A DNA stretch of 64,000 nucleotides from assembly GCA_002269645.1 (NCBI GenBank), contig NIVC01003858.1, positions 1-64,000 on the forward strand. The letters are read 5' to 3'. Origin of the DNA: Macrostomum lignano (lineage: Eukaryota). Below, one piece after another: positions 1 through 11,379 of the stretch; position 1 is the first letter of the stretch, and each line of letters begins with the position of its first letter. The notes beneath the pieces were generated by a model, which searched no databases, had not been told where the DNA came from, and saw nothing but the letters and a program-made list of their open reading frames with translations. The translations under genes were made by a program, and so were the position numbers.

Positions 1-152
1 ATTCTTCAGTTTTATAAATCAACTTATTCGAGTAAAATTATCAAGGACCAACAAAGAATGGAATAATTATTTTAGTCAACTACATATAGCTTCTGACCTC
101 TCAGCCTTGACATCTCAGCAATCCCCCCGTAAATACATCACAAATATTTCAG

Positions 153-452
153 GTTCGTCTGCTCACAGGTTACACAGCCAATCCGGATTTCCTCAAGCAG
201 TTAACCTACATCTGTTTGAATCATCATCCATTAGTACTGGAAATTGATACAGTTCGGGCATTTCACATTGGCAATAATTTCTTAGTCGAAGTGGACATTG
301 TCCTGCCGGAGACGTTGACTCTGCGCGAATCGCACGATATTGGCGAGTCTTTGCAGTGCAAATTGGAGAAACTGGAAGCTGTTGAACGCGCTTTCGTGCA
401 CCTGGACTACGAGTCCAGTCATCATCCGCATAGCGAGCACAAGCAGGTTTAA
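153..452 (+). CDS. Last coding exon of a cation diffusion facilitator (Mn-CDF / metal tolerance protein MTP8-11 type), C-terminal dimerisation domain
   Basis: Acceptor atttcAG at 151-152 opens VRLLTGYTANPDFLKQLTYICLNHHP..IDTVRAFHIGNNFLVEVDIVLP..L.ESHDIGESLQ.KLE.LE.VERAFVHLDYE..H.P.H, the characteristic C-terminus of plant/fungal/nematode MTP proteins. Stop TAA at 450-452. Upstream exons not identified in the window. Confidence 0.88.
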   Translation, partial: VRLLTGYTANPDFLKQLTYICLNHHPLVLEIDTVRAFHIGNNFLVEVDIVLPETLTLRESHDIGESLQCKLEKLEAVERAFVHLDYESSHHPHSEHKQV

Positions 453-646
453 GCGGTCTCTAACAGAAAAATTAATCAACTCATTTTTCATGCTAGATCG
501 AGATGCTACAAAACTTTTCAACCATTTTTTGTCACAATTTTTTTGCAATCCTCGTTTTTCTACATCATTCGACTTCTTTTATAATACGAGCGTGTAGTTT
601 AAAAGCTTTATATTACAAAATCAACCTTTGTTCCGTCTGTTTAACC

Positions 647-790
647 CGGCAGTCGGCTAACTTTGAAACTTCACAATAGCAATTCGGCCCGCTCAAATTT
701 AGTGTCTTCTCTTCTCTCTTTTCTCTCCTCTTCTGGCCCGCAGTCATGCGCTAGATTCTCTATCTGGTCCAAAGATTTTGCCAACCCCTG
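647..790. mobile_element. Degenerate hAT-type MITE
   Basis: Right end TTGCCAACCCCTG (reverse complement CAGGGGTTGGCAA) and decayed left end CGGCAGTCGGCTAAC. Internal GGCCCGC motifs. Flanks gtttaacc / atttaaca resemble an 8-bp TSD (6/8 match). Confidence 0.4.
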
Positions 791-796
791 ATTTAA

Positions 797-1212
797 CACG
801 TTGAAAACGTTATCGTGATCAGAATCGACTGCTGTGACTTTTTAACGTCTCAAACCACTGTAATAGGATAGAGAGATGCCTGTTTAGTGACGAGCGCATC
901 ACGTGAGTTGCATAATCGTAAAATAGTCCCGAAAAAGTCGACCAAGAGTCGTTATGGTAGCACTTAACTTTCTACTGACTCAAGTAGACTGAATAGAGTT
1001 GTTATAAATGCGAGATGCGATTCTAATTCATGGCGCAGATGCGCTTTAGACGCAGCTCAGTGATTCTACAGCTACTCTAGAACGCCTCAGATACCCAAAA
1101 TTATCCTTGGCCACTTTAACCGCGACATATCGTCGTTTTATAGCCTCGCTTTATAGTCTTCTAGAGTCACTTCTTTCTGGTTTTACCTGTGTTACCTGCG
1201 ACGACCCTCAGT
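797..1212 (+). mobile_element. Dispersed ~450-bp MITE-like repeat, copy 1 of 4
   Basis: Shares blocks (cgtgagttgca.aatcgtaa, gttgttataaatgcga, gatgcgctt, gagtcacttcttt, gttacctgc.acgac) with 10330-10790, 31740-32060 and 36222-36690. Confidence 0.7.
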
Positions 1213-1664
1213 AAAATTAGTGTTCTTTGTCGCGAGTGTCTTAATTTAAAATATTAGATTAATAAATCAAATTAAAGTCATTAATTAGCGTGTAGTTGTA
1301 GTTTTTAAAAAGATATTATAAGTATTAAATGCGAATAATTTGGCCTTATGCCCAGTATTACTTGTACCACTTGCTTCCTTTCCTGTCTACCGTAATTTAG
1401 TAGTGATCTATTAATATCTAACTGCCTTGGTAGATTTTAATATATCCGCATAATTTTTTATCATCTAGCTTCATTGCAAGCTTTTCTGCAATCTGTAGTT
1501 TGTGTCTGTCGCAGTTAATTTTTTAATTTCAATTAGTTTTAATTCTTTGTACAGAAAAATAAACTGGAAATATATCACAATGGCGTCATATTTTTTTTGA
1601 CATTCAACCAATGGCGACTTTTACTTACTATTTACGATTTAGATTAAGACTACATATGATTTCC

Positions 1665-2330
1665 TTTACACCCCTTGGCACACCACTTTCACACCTTTTG
1701 GCACACCACTTTCACACTCCTTGGCACACCACTTTCACACCCCTTAGCACGCCACTTTCACACCCCTTGGCACACCCCTTAGCACACCCCTTTCACATCT
1801 CTTAGTGCACCACTTTCCCATCCCCCAGTGCACCACTTTCACACCCCTAGCACACCACTTTCACACCCCCTAGCACACCACTTTCACACCCCTTAGCACA
1901 CCACTTTCGCATCTCTTAGTGCACCACTTTCCCATCCCTCAGTGCACCACTTTCACACCCCCTAGCACACCACTTTCACACCCCCTAGCACACCACGTTC
2001 ACACCCCTTAGCACACCACTTTCGCATCTCTTAGTGCACCACTTTCCCATCCCTCAGTGCACCACTTTCACACCCCTAGCACACCACTTTCACACCCCTT
2101 GGCACACCACTTTCACACGCCCTGGCACACCACTTTCACACCCGTTAGCACACCACTTTCACACCCCTTGGCACACCACTTTCACACCCCTTGGCACACC
2201 CCTTGGCACACCACTTTCACACCTTTTGGCACACCACTTTCACACCCCTTGGCACACCACTTTCACACCCTTGGCACGCCCCTTAGCACACCACTTTCGC
2301 ACCCCTTATCGCACCATTTTTACACCTCTT
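1665..2330. repeat. ~22-bp minisatellite (GCACACCACTTTCACACCCCTTG/A)
   Basis: About 30 tandem degenerate units upstream of RanBP2; it accounts for the HHFHTP ORFs. Confidence 0.95.
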
Positions 2331-2542
2331 AGCTGCTAAGCTCTTCATCAATTAGCTGTAAATAAGGCCTGTATTAGCGTATAATTTTCCTGTTTTAGTA
2401 TATCTGTATGATTAAGTATGATGAATGCTCTTGTCTTGTATAGATTTTTATAGACGTTAATAAAATTGCATGATCAAATTTATACGCAGCAACCGTAAAG
2501 GGAAACAAATAAAATCCAATTATAAAAGGCATCAGCTTGACC

Positions 2543-5500
2543 ATGTTCCGCAGCAAGCAGCAGGTGGACAAGCAGGTGGCTAATATATTAAGCCGATCGC
2601 AAGATCCTCGTGAGCAGCAGACTCGCGGCTATCAGTTTGCTAAGCTGTATTTTGACGTTAAAGATTATCAATCTGCTAAACAACACGTTGAAATCTATTT
2701 GAAAGCTAATCCTGACTCGGCTCAGGCTCACTGTCTTAAAGCTCAAATTGTTGAAGCAATTAAAGACGATTCGGCAGCTTTGTGTGCCTATAAGCAGGCG
2801 TTCGAATTAGATAGAGGTCAGAAATCCTTGCTATTGTCAATCTGTTCCGTACTGACTAGACAGGCCGCCGCCGGCAGTCTTAGCGATACGGAATCGGCCA
2901 GAATGTGGCTAGAGAGAGCCGAAACCAATTTTCCTAGTAGTCCAGTTGTGTTGTCCTTGAAAACTAGACTTCTGGCATCGGCTGGCGATCCTTCATCGGC
3001 AGCTAAAAATAGCAGCTCAGCCACGTCGGCGGCCGTCGATCTGTTCAACGCCGAGGTGGCTAAAAATCCTCGCGACGCTAATCGTCGTATTCAACTAATT
3101 GATCATTTAACTAAACTTGGCCGATTAAATGAAGCTTATAAAAACTGTTTAGACGCCGAATTAGTTGGTTGCCATTTCGATTCAATTGATTGGTATCGGC
3201 GTTATTCTAGTCTGCTAGCAGAGATTGGGCGAGTCACCGACGCCGGTGGCTCGTCTGGTGCGGTTGTTGCAGACTCTGGCAAACTGGCTCTACAACGGTT
3301 GCATTGTCAGCGTAGGCTAGCTTGGCTCTACTTTGCGTCCAGCGCCTCGGTTCCTGAGCTGGCTAATCAGCTTGGCAAACTGGACTCCATGCTGCAGCAG
3401 TATGCTGGCACTGTTAGCGAGGCCTGTCTAGCCGATATGGACGCCGAATTATTCGCTCTATCCGGTTTTTTATTGTGCAAACGGACAACTGTCCGACTGC
3501 TGACGGCTGAATCGGCTCGTAAGCCTTTGATCTACTTGATGCAGGCAGCTTTCACTGATACTAGCGCTGGCGAAGGCGGAACTGCCAACAGTAGTAATAT
3601 TACTAATAATTTGCCTAATTATTCGGCACTTCGTCGCAGCATCGCCGGTCACATGGTTACAGCAATGACGTCATCCTCGGGCGCGTCGCTAGCCGAATCT
3701 GTTGGCACTTTTGCCGAATCGTCCACAGCCCGGCGTAGCGGCATAGCTGATTTAGTTTACTCGGACGCTAAACTTTCCGACGTGATTGCCAGATCGCGTC
3801 TAGCCGAGTCTCGTCTACATCGATCGATTTCTTTGTCAGCGCCAGGCCGAGAGCAGCAGCTGAATTTGGACGCCGAAGGCTGCGCCGCCAATGGCAATTG
3901 GACGGATTTTAATCAGGTAGCTTGGTGCCTTGATCGCTGGCGTTCGCCCGCCGCTGTCCGGTCGCTTGTCCTGGCCGGATTTCCCCGACTGCGCGACTCG
4001 ACAAGCGTGATTTTCAATGAAGATGTCAGCAGTCCCGAGTCGCTTAGCAGAGTCGATATTCGACTGTTTCTATCGGCTGTTTGCCTGCTGTCGCAGGATT
4101 CCACTGGCCAGCAACAGCTGCCTGTGCCGCCTATGCTGCCTTGGAGTCGGCGTTGGTCCGGCTATGACGATTGCGTCACCTTTTGGCGAGCCGCCGTCTG
4201 CCTAGCAACTAATTCGTCGTCTCAACTGGACACTCGCCAGCGTCGTTCTCTGACGCTAGGTTTAGAAGCTTTGCGCAACTGCCTGATGCCGCTGCGCCTG
4301 CTGGCTCGTCTAGCCGATTTCTGGTCTTCTTCATCATCCCCAGCAACTAGCACAGCTGACGAAGCCGATGCTAATGATTTGGCTATCGCTGCCCGTCTGT
4401 GGGAACGCGTAGTTCAAATTGTTCGCTCGGATAGCAGCGGCGGCGCCAGCTCTCGCCCAGCCGCTATGTTCGATATGGGCGGAGGCGTCGGACTGGCCGC
4501 TTGCACTCGGGCGGAGCTGGACGACTGGCTAGCTAACGGCCTGTCGTTTAGGGCCTCGCTAGCCGAGAAGAATGGCGATATTGATACGGCTTTGGAGCTC
4601 TACTCGGAGATGCGAACTGCCGAGGGAGCGTATCACGCTGGGAAACTGTTGCTGAGTGCCGCTTGTGAGTTTTCAAATTGCGTCTGCGCAAATACATGTA
4701 CCAACCGGTATTCTAGTGCTACTGATATTGAATCGCGAATGTCCAAAGGTTCTTTAAGGATATTTAAGTTAGTGAAATCTACAGGGTGCTTAAAGAGTGG
4801 ATCTATAGGGTGCTTAGTGTATGGATTAAAAGGTGCTTATAGAGTGAATCTACAGTAGCTTAAATACTCAATATAAGAATGCTTAAAGATTGAACCAAGA
4901 GATGCTTAAAAGAGTAAATCTAATGTCGCTTAAAGAGGGAAGAATCTAAGAGTGCTAGAAAGAGTGAATCTAAGGTTGCTTAAAAGAGTGAATCTAGAAA
5001 TGCTTAAAAGAGTGAATCTAAGGGTGCTTAAAATAGTGAATCTAAGGTTGCTTAAAGCGAGAAGAATCTAAGAGTGCTAAAAAGAGTGAATCTAAGGTTA
5101 CTTAAAAGAGTGAATCTAAGGTTACTTAAAAGAGTGAATCTAAGGTTACTTAAAAGAGTGAATCTAAGGTTACTTAAAAGAGTGAATCTAAGGTTACTTA
5201 AAAGAGTTAATCTAAGGTTACTTAAAAGAGTTAATCTAAGGTTGCTTAAAATAGTTAATCTAAGGTTACTTAAAATAGTTAATCTAAGGTTACTTAAAAG
5301 AGTTAACCTAAGGTTACTTAAAAGAGTTAATCTAAGGTTGCTTAAAATAGTGAATCTAAGGTTGCTTAAAAGAGTGAATCTAAGGTTGCTTAAAATAGTG
5401 AATCTAAGGTTGCTTTAAAGAGTGAATCTAAGGTTGCTTAAAAGAGTGAATCTAAGGTTGCTTAAAAGAGTGAATCTAAGGTTACTTAAAAGAGTTAATC

Positions 5501-6601
5501 TAAGGTTGCTTAAAATAGTTAATCTAAGGTTACTTAAAAGAGTTAACCTAAGGTTACTTAAAATAGTTAATCTAAGGTTACTTAAAAGAGTTAATCTAAG
5601 GTTGCTTAAAATAGTGAATCTAAGGTTGCTTAAAAGAGTGAATCTAAGGTTGCTTAAAATAGTGAATCTAAGGTTGCTTTAAAGAGTGAATCTAAGGTTG
5701 CTTAAAAGAGTGAATCTAAGGTTGCTTAAAAGAGTGAATCTAAGGTTGCTTAAAAGAGTGAATCTAAGGTTGCTTAAAAGAGTGAATCTAAGGTTACTTA
5801 AAAGAGTGAATCTAAGGTTACTTAAAAGAGTGAATCTAAGGTTGCTTAAAAGAGTGAATCTAAGGTTGCTTAAAAGAGTGAATCTAAGGTTACTTAAAAG
5901 AGTGAATCTAAGGTTGCTTAAAAGAGTGAATCTAAGGTTGCTTAAAAGAGTGAATCTAAGGTTACTTAAAAGAGTGGATATAGAGGTGCTTAAAAGAGTG
6001 AATCTGAGGGTGCTGGGTCAATCTAGAAATTCATATTTTACTAACAAAGGCTAACCAAACGCAATTAACCAATTATTAATAACCTGCAGCGGACCAGACC
6101 GGATCGCCGTCAGATCAGCGAGCTCTGCTAGTAAAATCGCGCGACAAGCTTCGCGAAGCCCTGGACCGCACCTGGAACAGTCAGGCGCATCCGTTGCACG
6201 CTGATATTTGCGCCACGCTAGAAGAGGTTGAGGAACGTCTAGATATTGCTGCCTCGGCCCCCGCTAGCCAGTCTGTGCTTACTAACGGCGTCTCGATGCA
6301 GCAGCAGCAGCAGCAGCAGCAGATTCCTCAGCTGTCAACTCCATTCACTCCAACTGCCCAGCACCACAGATCCTATCAGCCTCGTCTAACGCCAGACCGA
6401 GTGGACTCTGTTGTTAGATCAATTAGCGCAGCTAATGACAAAGTTGTCAACCAGCTAATTGATCAGAATCGTCAACTGATGGAGCAGAATAAACAGTTAA
6501 TGGCTAGTAATCAGGATCTGATTCGTATGATGAGTCAGCAGCGTCAGGAGGCTAATAAAATTGAACAATTAGAGCGCTGCATTGCCGAAATGAGATTGCA
6601 A

Positions 6602-6634
<33 letters not shown>

Positions 6635-9600
6635 ATTCACGCTATGCAGCACCAGTCGCCGGCTATGGCTTTGCACCATCAGCATCAGCCTGCGCCGCCG
6701 CCGCCGCCGCCGCCGCAGTTCTATCTGCAGGGCCCCAACGCTACGGCCGCAGCCGCAGCAGCTGCCACAGCCGCCGCCTATCATCACCAACAGATTGGCG
6801 CCCTGCGGCCTTCTCTGGCTCAACCGCATCCGCAGCCGCTGATTCCGCCGCACACCGCTGCTGCTTCGCTAATGATTGGCCGAACACCCACCGGAGCCAT
6901 CAAGGATATCGCCTACGATGACGACGACGATAATGATGATAAACAAGATGCCGGCGGCGAGATGGACGAGGTCGGCGCCGAGGTGTACAGACAGCAGAAG
7001 CAGCAATCGCAGCTACCGACCGCATCCGCTCAAGGCTTCTTCAGCATCGGCGGTAGCCTCTTTGGCCAGCCGCCAACCGCGGCCGCTGCCGCCGCTGCCG
7101 CTGTTCTGTCGGCTTCAGGCCGGCCGCCAATGCAGCCGCAACAGCAGCCGACTCCGTTTACTCTGTCAGCTAGGCCTGGCCTGCTGCCGACTCCACCAGT
7201 GTTTGGCGTGTCGTCGCCGCGTCAGCCTCCTCCGTCAGCACCTTCGGCGGCTGTTCAACAGTCATCAACGCCGAAGCCTCAGTTAGTCATCAAGCCGGTG
7301 CCGACTTCGGCTACGGCAGCCGTTTCTACCGATTCTGGAGGTAAAGCACCGCCCCAGAATCCGCTGTCGTTTTTTGGTTTCGGTAGCAAAGCAACGCCGC
7401 CGCAGCAACAGCAACAGCAGCAGCAATCGCCATCAATGCAGTCTGGCCTGTCGTTTGGCATTAAGAGCGGTCCCACTGCTGCCGCCGCGACCGCACCGGC
7501 AACTTCCTCATCGGCGGCTGCAGCGGCGGATAAAGACGATTCGGCCGATCATCCGGAGAGTTTCGAACCGTCGATTGAATTTACGCCAGTTGTTAATCTG
7601 CCCGATAAGGTTTGTGTAAACTATTATCTTAGGGGCTGCCATTAAGGCTTACCCCACAAGGTCAGACTATCTATATGACCCGTTGGATTTTGAGTTTTTA
7701 AAGTAGGCACGAAAGGTGAAGAGTTTTGCACCTTCTGCCTCACTTTCGCCTCTCTTATGCCTATTTTGTGCCACTTGTGCACCGCGTGTTCACCTGAGTG
7801 CCTCTGCAGGGTCAAAAGGTGAATTTAAGGCACGAAATAGGCGGTAGGGGCACAGGTGCCATAGGGGAGTTAGGTGAATTAAAGGTGCACAGTGTGCGTT
7901 GAGGCACAAAAGGTGAACAAAGTAGGAATTGGGGGCATTGGTGGAGTGAAAGGTGAAAAAAGGTGCGCTGCGGTGGAGGTGCATAAAAAGTGTACAGTGT
8001 GCACTGGAGGCACGAAAGGTGAATAAAGGGTGCACAGTGGGCACTTTAGGCGTAGAGGCAATGCAAGGGGCGTTTCAACTTGCGAAAGTTCTTTGCTACT
8101 TTTCCTTACTATTCTTTGAACAGATTCAAAACTTTTCCTCACTGATGCAAAACTTTTCACCACTTTTCGGAACTTTTCCTGAGTATTTGAAAGTCATTAA
8201 AACTTATCAGTATAGGAAATGTTTGCTTTCGTGGTTTGTCAGGATCAGGAAGGGGATAGCAGCGATTAGTATAGGTGTAAATAAAGCTTTTCTATGTTCA
8301 ATCTGTGCATGCAATGTACGAGTATGTAACTCTCAGTTAATTTTTTGTTGCTGATTACGCTCGTATTAATGCGTTAATTCGTGCATAGGCATGGAAGGTG
8401 AGCGAGGTGCACAGAAGAGGCACTTTTGGGGTCTATTTCGAGCGTGTTTTGGAAATGCACCTGTATACATATTTACGCCGCACATGTACAACTTATGCAC
8501 CTCTAATTCACCTTTCGTGCACTTTCTGCGCCCCTTCAGCACCTTTCCTGCACCTGCTGTGCCTCGCTTGTGAGCCTGCTGTTCACCTTTTGCGCACCTC
8601 CAGTGCCCCTTATGCACCTTTCCTGCCCCTACCGCCGCAACCAATCAAAATTGAGAATTCACCTACTGCCTGACCACTTCACCGATTGTACACCTTTCAT
8701 GCCTCTTTTCGAAAATATTGGTGACATTTAGGCATAAAAGGTGCACTCAGGTGCATTTCCAAAGCACACACGAAATAGGCCACCAAAGTGCCTCTTTTGT
8801 GCACCTCGCTCACCTTTTATGCCTCTGCAGGTGCATAACTTTTCCAACGGGTGAGGCAGGGGTCGGCCGGCGAAGCCTCTCAATCCGGCCCGCTCATGGT
8901 TTGTCTCTTCTCATCTCTCTTTTCTTGTTTCTCCTCTCCTAAATCTCCTCTCATCCCTCATCTGACCCTAGAGGTAAAAAAATTTTCACCGAACCCTCAA
9001 TCTAAGGTCTCTTTCACAAGCTCGAAACATATGCGAGGCAATAATTGATATTTTCCGGTTTTCTCAAGGTGGAGGTGAAGACTGGCGAGGAGTCGGACGT
9101 GCGGCTGTTCGCGGAGCGGGCCGCCCTCTACCGATTCGTGCAGGGCGAGTGGAAGTCCCGCGGCATCGGCGAGCTGAAGATTCTGCAGAGCGAAGGCGGA
9201 GCCAAATACCGAATTGTGATGCGGCGCGATCAGGTGAAGAAGCTGTGCGCCAATCACTGGATTGATGCGGCAATGAAGCTGAAGGAGGTGCAGAATGTCG
9301 CCAACGCCGTGTCCTGGACTGCCAACGATTTCTCTGACGGCGAGGCCAAGATGGAGATTCTGTGCGCCAGGTTCAAAACGCCTGAGCAGCTGGCTGAGTT
9401 CACCGCCAAGTTCACCGAGAGTCAGAAGGCTCTGCAGTCTGGAAAGCAGGTAGCTCCATCAGCTGCTGCTCCTAGTGATAGCAAGGCCGCTCCAGCGGCT
9501 GCAGCCTCATCAAGCTCAGTTCCCAGCCTCCTGGACCGGCTGAAGCCGCCACCAGGCAGCTGGTCCTGCCCGACATGCGCAGTTCAGAACACGAAGGACC

Positions 9601-11266
9601 AGGCCACGTGTCCCTGCTGCTCCACTGCCAAGCCCGGCGCCCCTGCCGCCTCGGCGAGTCCCGCCACCCACGCCGCTCCGGCCTCGTCAACTGCCACCAC
9701 GGTGTCTTCTGCTCAGCCGCTGTTCTCCTTCGGTGGAATGTCGTTCGGCGGCGGCAGTCAGCAAGTCAGCAAGCCGACGGCGTCCGCCGGTGCGGGCGCC
9801 GCCGCTCCCAGCAGCTCAGCCTCACCCTTTTCCAATTTCTCCTTTGGCTCTTCCGCTAGCAAGCCGGCAGTTTCTACTGCCGCCCCTATTGGCTTGGCCG
9901 CAGCTTCATCATCAGCAGCATCATCAACTGCCGCCGCTCCGGCGCCATTCGCCAGTTTTTCATTCGGCATGCCGCCGAAATCTTCTGCCGCCGCGTCTTC
10001 CACCGCCACTGCCGCTGCTCCCGCCAGTTTTGCCGGCTTCGGCGGCGTCAGCTTTAGCGGGCTGAACTTTGGCTCGTCAAAGTCGCCAGCGGCAACGGCT
10101 ACCGCTGCTGGTGGGCCTCCGTCGCCGGCTGTTGCTGCAGCCGGCGCTGCGTCCGCCTCTGCCGCTGCTGCTGCTGACGATTCAACTGACAATCCTGAGA
10201 GCTTCGAACCGTCTGTTGAATTTGCGCCCGTGGTTAATCTGCCGGATAAGGTTGGTTTATAATACCGCTAACAAATTCCTTAGGGTCAAGATGTCGTTAA
10301 TTCGCAACCGTACCTACAATGAGGGACCCGTTAAGTGCGTTACCGTGACCAGCCAGAATCGCTAAAGAGTAATTGCAAGCAACTCACTAGTGACTCTAGC
10401 GACTCTTTGGCGACTCGTGTGACTTTTTAACAACTCAAACCACTGTTATGCGATAGGGAGGCGACTGTTAAGTTAAAAATGCATCACGTGAGTTGCAGAA
10501 TCGTAAGAGAGTCACAAAAAAGTTGTCCAATAGTCGTTGCGTTGGCGTTTTAACTTTCTACTAACTCAACAACTAGACTAAATAGAGTTGTTATAAATGC
10601 GAAATACGGTTCTAATTTATAAACTGACGCAGATGCGCTTCTAACGCAACTCGGTGATTCTACAGCGATTCTGGCACGCCTCAGGTACGACTCTACGGCC
10701 CCTGTGTCATTAAAGATCGAAGCATCCCAGAATCGTTTAGAGTCACTTCTTTCCTATTTTCATCCCCTGCGTTACCTGCAATGACTCTGGCCCGCTTGTT
10801 CACCCAGTATAAGAGGGGGGGCTCACGTTTTTTATCCATTTTCCTCTCCTCAGTTTGCTAGGGATTAATGAGATAAAATGGGGTTTAGATGATAAAAACT
10901 AAAGTATTTTCGAAGCCATCCATTCCGCATTTAGTTAAACGTATCTTCTCTAATTAAGTATTGAAAATCTGTGAATGACTCGAATCAGCTTACATTATTA
11001 TTTAAAATTCGATCATTTCTCTTAAAGCAGTTAGCTTGTAGAAGCTAAGTATGCTTGCATTCAGTTACTGCCCCTCAGGTTAATTAGTTGTTAGTCATTT
11101 ATTTAGTTAGCTATAGTTAATTAGTTTGTTAGTTAGTTAGTCATTTATTTAGTTAGCTATAGTTAATTAGTTTGTTAGTTAGTTAGTCATTTATTTAGTT
11201 AGCTATAGTTAATTAGTCTGTTAGTTAGTCATTTATTTAGTTAGCTATAGTTAATTAGTCTGTTAC

Positions 11267-11319
<53 letters not shown>

Positions 11320-11336
11320 CAGTTAGTTAGTTAGTC

Positions 11337-11379
<43 letters not shown>

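Noticed and set aside
2521-2527. TATAAAA just before the RanBP2 ATG
   Set aside because: Only ~16 nt from the start codon, too close for a TATA box; no other support.
5074-6054. Long ORFs of LKRVNLRL repeats
   Set aside because: Translation of a 24-bp intronic minisatellite inside RanBP2 intron 1; splice phases bypass it.
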